32,000 nucleotides of DNA. Source: Candidatus Methylomirabilis limnetica. GTDB lineage: Bacteria; Methylomirabilota; Methylomirabilia; Methylomirabilales; Methylomirabilaceae. Within the stretch, counting starts at the first letter, position 1, and every line of letters starts with the position of its first letter. The position numbers and the translations under genes are program-made. Below the pieces are notes generated by a model that was not told the origin of the DNA, made no database searches, and saw only the letters and a list, made by a program, of their open reading frames with translations. Below, one piece after another: positions 26,705-32,000 of this stretch. The stretch spans positions 60,001-92,000 of the forward strand of contig NZ_NVQC01000013.1 of NCBI RefSeq assembly GCF_003044035.1, written 5' to 3'.

Positions 26705-27997
26705 TCACCGCAGGCGATCCGCGACGAGCTGAGCGAAGTAGTCAAGGTACGCATCAACCATGCGATCGAGCCCGCAAGACACGCGGGCTCGCTTGGCTGC
26801 GGCGGCGCTGAAGGTTTCGCGGCGCCTAGGGTCGGCGAGCAATTGCTCAATCGCCCCGGCCAGCGCGTCCGGCCGATAGGGCGGGACGAGGAGCCCGGTA
26901 CGCTCGTGATCGACGAGTTCGGGCAGCGCCGCGACCCTGCTTGCTACCACGGGCAGTCCCACGGATATCGCCTCGGCAACGACGTTGGAGAAGCTCTCCT
27001 CGTGCGTCGCGTGAACGAGCAGGTCCGCGGCACGATAGTACGCGGCGAGGTCGGCTGGCACATCGAGATACGGGACATGGCGGACCTCGGTCGACCCCCA
27101 CTGTTCGGTGCGTGGCTTGCGACCGCCGACAATCACGAACAGCGGCTCATGTCCGACATTCGCATCGGAGAGCCGGCGTACGGCGGCTTCAAGCGTGGCC
27201 CAGTCCTTGAAGCGGTTAGACACGCCTCCGTGCGCGACGGTGAGGAAAATCGGCCGGAGGTGCGGTAATCCGAGAGCATCTCGGGCCTCCCGGCGCGATC
27301 CCTGGTGAAAGATTCCGGGATCGACACCGTTAGGGATCACGCGGCTCGAGCGGATAGACGGCCCGAGCATCGATTGGTTCAGGCGCTTCAACTGCCACTC
27401 GGACAATGCGATCACGTGCAGCTCGGAGTGGGCATAGATCCGCTGCTTGCGGCGCCAATTGAAGGCGGTCGCGTCGCGCGGGATGGCCGGTTCGCGCTCG
27501 AGGTCCGGGCAGTGGCCGCAGCCGCGCAGCCAGCGATCGCACTGGCCGGGGCAGGCGCAGTGGCCGGTGACGAGCCAGCTGTCGCCGGGGCGCAGCACTA
27601 CTGGCACCTGTTTGGAGAGGGGCGCGAGCGCCCGCAGGTCGAAAAATCCGCCGTGCAGGTTGACGCCGAGCACGAGGTCCGGAGGCGGCTGCCCGGTAAG
27701 TTCGAGGAGCAGGGTGGAGTATGGATGCGCAAAACCCTCGAGCCCCAGCCAACGTTCTGCTGCGAGCGTGAGTCGCCGACGCGCTCGATCCACCACGCCT
27801 GCGTAGGGTCGGTAGTCGAAGTGTGGGCTGCCCCAGAACGGTATCACTCGGGAATCGGTTGTCTTCTTGTCGCCCACCGCCATCCAGGCGTCGACCCCGC
27901 GGGCTTCAAGTCCTTTAAGCAGGAGCCACCCGACCCGTTCGGCTCCGCCGCCGCGATCAGTGGTGTTGACTAGAATGACCTTACCTCTCCAGCTCAT
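26705..27997 (-). CDS. GT4-family (GT-B fold) glycosyltransferase
   Basis: Start MSWRGKVILVNTTDRGGGAERV (ATGA overlap with the upstream stop). C-terminal ...ADLLVHATHEESFSNVVAEAISVGLPVVASRVAALPELVDHERTGLLVP.... Confidence 0.85.
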   Translation of the reverse strand: MSWRGKVILVNTTDRGGGAERVGWLLLKGLEARGVDAWMAVGDKKTTDSRVIPFWGSPHFDYRPYAGVVDRARRRLTLAAERWLGLEGFAHPYSTLLLELTGQPPPDLVLGVNLHGGFFDLRALAPLSKQVPVVLRPGDSWLVTGHCACPGQCDRWLRGCGHCPDLEREPAIPRDATAFNWRRKQRIYAHSELHVIALSEWQLKRLNQSMLGPSIRSSRVIPNGVDPGIFHQGSRREARDALGLPHLRPIFLTVAHGGVSNRFKDWATLEAAVRRLSDANVGHEPLFVIVGGRKPRTEQWGSTEVRHVPYLDVPADLAAYYRAADLLVHATHEESFSNVVAEAISVGLPVVASRVAALPELVDHERTGLLVPPYRPDALAGAIEQLLADPRRRETFSAAAAKRARVSCGLDRMVDAYLDYFAQLVADRLR

Positions 27998-29268
27998 CGT
28001 GACCGCAGCGCGAACAGCGGAATGCCCAGCCGACGCGAGTCCCGCGGACCATTCAGTGCTGGTGGCAAGGGTCGCGTCACGACGGTGAGCCACCGGGGTC
28101 CGCTCGGGCCGCGGAGCCGGCAGTGGAGTTCTCCCCTGATCGCCCGGATGTCCCGGCGCGGGACTGCCCGCGTGCCCCACGATACGCCGCGCAAGTAGCG
28201 ATCCACCGGGCCGCGTAGCTCACGTGTGTCGAGCACGATTTCCCCGGCTCCCGGCGGCAGGCTGACCCGCAGGCGAGCCAGCGGCGCTCCCCACCGGAAT
28301 GCTTCTCCGTTCCAACTCTCCAGGGCGTGGAAGCCGAGTCGTTGATGTTCGAGGATCTCCTCGATGCCGCGCAGGTGGGTGAGCATCACGGGGTCCGACG
28401 GACCGTCGCGATGGGCGAGCGCCATCTCAATCCGCGTCGCGCGGATGCGAGTCTCCCAAGAACGGATGTATGCGCGCCATCCCGCCTCGGGGAACTGGGC
28501 GAGCACGTAAGTGCGCAGCTCCGTCCAAGCGTTTACCCATTTCGCTACCGTCAGGCGCGAGCGCGACCCGAATAATGCCCAAGCGAGTCCTGTGGCCAAC
28601 TCCGCGAGGCCGCTATCTCTCACATAGCCGTGTGCGAGATCCACGGCGCTCGCGCGGGCGAGCGCCAGCACGGCCGAGCAATCGAGAGCACCGTGGTATC
28701 CGGCGCGATCGGACCACTCCGGCGCATGGCCGAAGTAGGCATCGCAGAAGGTCGCGTCGCTCAGCAGCCGGTAGCGGCATTCGTCGCAGATGTGCGTATG
28801 GATTCGCCGCTGGTGGTCGGCGTAGTCCTCGCTGTTGTGATGGGTGACTACAGCATCGGGGATGGTCGCGACGCGCAATCCCATCTGGTGCAATCGTGCT
28901 CCGAGAAGCGTGTTGTTGAACAGACCGAATTCGTGGGGAATGCCGCCGGCGGCACGGAGGGCCGAGCTGCGCACAACGTATCCGTAAGTCTTCAGGAGAT
29001 TCCACTGGCTGTCAAGGGAGTTCCCGGGGGCGTGCTCAGTAAACCAGCGGCGCTCCATCGGGGCGAGACGGGCCGCTCCAACGTTGCGCACCGATAGCCC
29101 CGCACCTGCAATGCCGGGGTTGCGGTCGAAATACTCGATCACCTGCTGGACCAAGTTTGGGTCGGCGGCGCAGTGATGCTCGGTGACTAGCACCAGCTCG
29201 GCCTCGGTATCGCGCGAGGCAAGTGCCACGAGATTTTGGGGGTCCAACCCGCGGGGGTATTTGATCAT
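27994..29268 (-). CDS. GT-A-like glycosyltransferase body plus C-terminal FRW...D.RRLG module; likely the 3' part of a gene split from 29265-29456
   Basis: 424 aa: ...AELVLVTEHHCAADPNLVQQVIEYF...GYVVRSSALRAAGGIP...; tail GFHALESWNGEAFRWGAPLARLRV...PRDSRRLGIPLFAL. Confidence 0.65.
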   Translation of the reverse strand: MIKYPRGLDPQNLVALASRDTEAELVLVTEHHCAADPNLVQQVIEYFDRNPGIAGAGLSVRNVGAARLAPMERRWFTEHAPGNSLDSQWNLLKTYGYVVRSSALRAAGGIPHEFGLFNNTLLGARLHQMGLRVATIPDAVVTHHNSEDYADHQRRIHTHICDECRYRLLSDATFCDAYFGHAPEWSDRAGYHGALDCSAVLALARASAVDLAHGYVRDSGLAELATGLAWALFGSRSRLTVAKWVNAWTELRTYVLAQFPEAGWRAYIRSWETRIRATRIEMALAHRDGPSDPVMLTHLRGIEEILEHQRLGFHALESWNGEAFRWGAPLARLRVSLPPGAGEIVLDTRELRGPVDRYLRGVSWGTRAVPRRDIRAIRGELHCRLRGPSGPRWLTVVTRPLPPALNGPRDSRRLGIPLFALRSR

Positions 29269-29456
29269 TCGGTCGTGCGGACGAGAACGCGCCGCACCTC
29301 CGCTTCGAAGACCGAGTCGGATCCATCCGCAGCGATGACTAGACGGAACGCTTCACGCGCGATGCTTTGTTTCCCGGTCCAGGAACGAACGCACTCCAGC
29401 CCATGCTCCCGGGCATCCAACAACGGAAACACCACGTCTACCCGTGGCGTGCTCAT
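29265..29456 (-). CDS. 63-aa ORF resembling the N-terminal strand-loop of a GT-A glycosyltransferase
   Basis: MSTPRVDVVFPLLDAREHGLECVRSW...FRLVIAADGSDS.... It shares ATGA overlaps with both neighbours. The downstream frame is open upstream as ...RPHDRMIKYP, so a frameshifted single gene is plausible. Confidence 0.45.
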   Translation of the reverse strand: MSTPRVDVVFPLLDAREHGLECVRSWTGKQSIAREAFRLVIAADGSDSVFEAEVRRVLVRTTE

Positions 29457-29746
29457 GCGAACCAGACCTCTCGGTTCTGCTGGAAACAGAAGTGGGTCAT
29501 CGTGCGCCTAGAATGCTGCCTCCCACCTTCAATCCAGCCTCGATGGAGGCGTTCGAAGTCAACTCGGTTGTGGGTGAGGAGGATGCGGCTGGCTTCTGCG
29601 ACGAACTCCAATTGCTCGGAGTCTGCCCGGCCAAGTAAACCAGCATCCCGTGCGGTCAGCGCCTCGAATCCGCGCGCCTGTAATATCGCGGCGACCACCA
29701 CAGACACATCCTCGTCAAGGTAGACCCTGGCGGGCGGGCTAGCCAT
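29453..29746 (-). CDS. DUF5615-type PIN-like putative toxin
   Basis: VYLDEDVSVVVAAILQARGFEALTARDAGLLGRADSEQLEFVAEASRILLTHNRVDFERL.... The C-terminal 20 aa look atypical. Confidence 0.6.
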   Translation of the reverse strand: MASPPARVYLDEDVSVVVAAILQARGFEALTARDAGLLGRADSEQLEFVAEASRILLTHNRVDFERLHRGWIEGGRQHSRRTMTHFCFQQNREVWFA

Positions 29747-30023
29747 CCGTACGGACTGCCGGATGCGTCAGGTCGTCGGGCACTTTGTTGCGTTCGATGC
29801 ACTGCTGGATCTCCTCCCGATGGTCAGCGTAGTAGCTGAGCGCATCGAACACTTGGGCAAGGGTGAGGTGTGGCAGATGTAGGGGAATTTCCTCCGGATT
29901 AACCCCAAGGCGCCAAAGCTCGACAATCGCGCGTACGGGGGTCCGTGTGCCCATGATGATGGGCTCTCCGCTGAGGATGCCGTTATCCCGCATGATATAG
30001 TGGTGCTCTGTTTGAATCGTCAT
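29739..30023 (-). CDS. DUF433-type putative antitoxin
   Basis: A GGGAGGGGG site lies 5 nt upstream of ATG 30023. MTIQTEHHYIMRDNGILSGEPIIMGTRTPVRAIVELWRLGVNPEEIPLHLPHLTLAQVFDALSYY.... Confidence 0.75.
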   Translation of the reverse strand: MTIQTEHHYIMRDNGILSGEPIIMGTRTPVRAIVELWRLGVNPEEIPLHLPHLTLAQVFDALSYYADHREEIQQCIERNKVPDDLTHPAVRTDG

Positions 30024-30250
30024 GGTATCCCCCTCCCATACCCAGATCGCTTCTCGCATCGCCGGGGGCGTGAGTCAATATTCGGTCCCCTCGCCCTTAG
30101 TCCAAGAGTATAGTAGAATTCATGCGAAGAGCAAGCTTGCAGTTGATCCGAGAGCCGGGGTCAGTATCGACGGCACGAACCAAAGCCATCCCGCGCTTGA
30201 CACCAGCCTCAAAATACGGGTACGCTCCCCATCAAGTAGAGCCTAGTTAT

Positions 30251-30408
30251 TACTCAGAGCATACAATAGCGTGCCTCCCCCTTTCGCAAAGGGGGGTAAG
30301 GGGGGATTTTAACGATCGGTAAAACCCCCTCAATCCCCCTTTTGTAAAGGGGGAAGTTGCTGGAGATGTTGTGCAAGAGTGCAATCTAGTTAATGCTCCC
30401 CGTAATAT
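30251..30408 (+). mobile_element. 158-bp hairpin-rich MITE / REPIN-like element, copy 2 (intergenic)
   Basis: Same termini and internal palindromes as 24290-24447. The left flank is AGTTAT (copy 1: AGCTAT). Confidence 0.8.
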
Positions 30409-30536
30409 ATGGAGCGGACTGCGAGGAGTTACGGTTCGTGGAAGCAGAGACGATAGAAGTAGAGCGGGTCAAAGCTACTGGTGTGTACAGCCGAGTATAC
30501 CACCTGCCACATGACGACGATCAGGGAGATGTTCCA

Positions 30537-30845
30537 ATGGCTACGATCCCAGATGGGGTGAATCAGAGTGCTCAGCGTTTCCTGGCGGCAATGCGACAGC
30601 ATGTGCAGGCAGCCTACGTGTACGGCTCTCAGGTCAAGGGTACGGCTGTTGAGTGGAGCGACATCGATCTGGCGGTGGTATCGCCGGATTTTTCCGCCGA
30701 TCTGTTTCAGGAGCGGCTTGCCTTAATGCGCCTCGCTGCCCAAATCGATGACCGCATTGAGCCTCATCCCTTTACACCAGAAGATTTCAACGACACCGAT
30801 TCGCTTGCTAGTGAGATTCGCCGGACAGGGGTGCGGATCGCGTAA
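30537..30845 (+). CDS. Nucleotidyltransferase-domain protein (MNT-type, usually the antitoxin of HEPN/MNT pairs)
   Basis: MATIPDGVNQSAQRFLAAMRQHVQAAYVYGSQVKGTAVEWSDIDLAVVSPDF.... The listed upstream extension runs into the MITE. Confidence 0.65.
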   Translation: MATIPDGVNQSAQRFLAAMRQHVQAAYVYGSQVKGTAVEWSDIDLAVVSPDFSADLFQERLALMRLAAQIDDRIEPHPFTPEDFNDTDSLASEIRRTGVRIA

Positions 30846-30936
30846 GCCCGTTTCAGCGACTTGAGTTCCTTAACAAAGGGGTCAGGCATGCCTTATTGCC
30901 TCTTGGTGATTCCCGTCGTACGTCGTAGGATCGGGC

Positions 30937-31306
30937 ATGGCACGAAAACCGCGAGTGTATTGTCCAGGCGCCCTGTATCATGTGATCTGCCGTGGCAATC
31001 ACGGCCCACGGATCTTGTCGGATGACGCCGACCGAGGGCGATATCTGGAGTTGCTTCAAGACACCCGACTGCGGTGTGACTGTCGCCTGTAGGCCTATGG
31101 TCTGATGGGCAATCACGTCCACCACCTGATCGAAGTCGGTCCAACCCCGTTGTCCAAAATCATGCAAAAATCTTCTATTCCGTTACACGCGGTACTGGAA
31201 CCAGCGATACCGGAAGGTGGGACATCTTTTCCAAGGCCGGCATAAAGCGATCCTATGCGAGAGGGAAAGCTATTTACTGGAGTTGGTCCGATACAGTCAT
31301 CTAATC
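30937..31306 (+). pseudogene. HUH-type (RayT/IS200-like) transposase, second copy, 3'-truncated with the same in-frame TAG plus a frameshift
   Basis: MARKPRVYCPGALYHVICRGNHGPRILSDDADRGRYLELLQDTRLRCDCRL; TAG at 31090-31092; AYGLMGNHVHHLIEVGPTPLSKIMQ; frameshift in an A5 run; LLFRYTRYWNQRYRKVGHLFQGRHKAILCERESYLLELVRYSHL. Homology to copy 1 ends at about 31306. Confidence 0.7.
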
Positions 31307-31391
31307 AGAAAAAGGGGACAGATTTATTTTCCTCGACGCGCAGCCGTTGGAACTGGAGCCGGCCGGGATGCGATGACATTCATTGGCGTTA

Positions 31392-31739
31392 TTAACCGAG
31401 GATTATGGGAAGTGCTCGCCGAAGCGCCTGCCGATCTTCCTCTATCAATTGTCCAAGCTTTCGGAGGATCAGTTCCTTCTCAACCGTGGTAAAGATAGGC
31501 TTGATGGTCGAGGGTTTCAGCAACCCGGCCTGCTGCCAGTGTTGGATTATTACTTCGCCCACCGTGGTCGAGGGTCGGATTTGACTGGTCACGGCCAGCA
31601 GAATAAGGTCAGGACGCTCCCGATGGTAGGCTTCAGAGCTCACCACTACGGCGGGGCGCCTCTTACTGGCGGTCTGATCCGTGAAGGGGAAAGGGACCAG
31701 GACGATGTCTCCAAACTTAAAGCTTATCGTAGACGGCAT
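31392..31739 (-). CDS. MazF/PemK-family toxin
   Basis: FKFGDIVLVPFPFTDQTASKRRPAVVVSSEAYHRERPDLILLAVTSQIRP... Confidence 0.8.
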   Translation of the reverse strand: MPSTISFKFGDIVLVPFPFTDQTASKRRPAVVVSSEAYHRERPDLILLAVTSQIRPSTTVGEVIIQHWQQAGLLKPSTIKPIFTTVEKELILRKLGQLIEEDRQALRRALPIILG

Positions 31740-31926
31740 CGTCCGGATTGTCCCAAACCATTTGGAAGGCCTCTTCCGACAGCTTCATGGCGGCCCGGGT
31801 GAGGCGACGGTCCTCCATGCGCAGGCGCAGGAAGTCCACGAAATCCTCCACCTCGGCCACCTTCTCCGGCGGCAGGGTGATAATCTTTTCCATGAGGTTT
31901 TTCTGAGAGTCAGACTGGACGGACAT
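31717..31926 (-). CDS. Small antitoxin partner of MazF (family not certain)
   Basis: A GGGAGG site lies 7 nt upstream of ATG 31926. MSVQSDSQKNLMEKIITLPPEKVAEVEDFVDFLRLRMEDRR... It overlaps the toxin start. Confidence 0.6.
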   Translation of the reverse strand: MSVQSDSQKNLMEKIITLPPEKVAEVEDFVDFLRLRMEDRRLTRAAMKLSEEAFQMVWDNPDDAVYDKL

Positions 31927-32000
31927 CGTTTTGCCTCCCATGCCTCATTAGCCCTCAGTGGCGTAGAAAGATAACATCAATGATGTTTACTGAGTAGTGT

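Noticed and set aside
26591-29097. Several plus-strand ORFs (26591-27268, 27305-27973, 28470-28847, 28630-29097)
   Set aside because: All are antisense to the two well-supported minus-strand glycosyltransferase genes. They have a GC-rich shadow-frame composition.

Overview
This window is a 32-kb mosaic cell-surface polysaccharide (LPS/EPS-type) locus from an unidentified, moderately GC-rich bacterium, heavily reworked by mobile DNA. Left third: a 5'-partial coiled-coil GT2 glycosyltransferase; an AT-richer inserted cassette bracketed by a 197-bp diverged direct repeat; a methyltransferase stub; and nested IS debris (a truncated IS3-family element carrying an intact IS256-family element). Middle: a 923-aa polytopic, GT-C-like membrane protein. 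Its last codons were replaced by an IS630-family element that is itself split by an intact IS3-family element. A tight 7-gene plus-strand operon follows: UPF0104 flippase-like protein, GtrB/ArnC-like GT2, three SAM methyltransferases, a FemAB-like transferase and a NodB-type deacetylase. Right half: gmd (GDP-mannose 4,6-dehydratase) is present as two 5' stubs, one full copy and one 3' stub, with a toxin-antitoxin (TA) cassette in every gap. Counting these, the right half holds six TA pairs plus one solitary MNT-type component in about 14 kb. It also holds two decayed HUH (RayT/IS200-like) transposase genes with a DnaA-C-type HTH, two copies of a 158-bp hairpin-rich REPIN-like MITE, and a frameshifted ISL3 element. 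A minus-strand operon there has a DUF433/DUF5615 TA pair translationally coupled to glycosyltransferase ORFs. No rRNA, tRNA or CRISPR array was recognised. All calls come from reading the sequence and ORF translations. No database search was run, and element ends and identity percentages are by-eye estimates.
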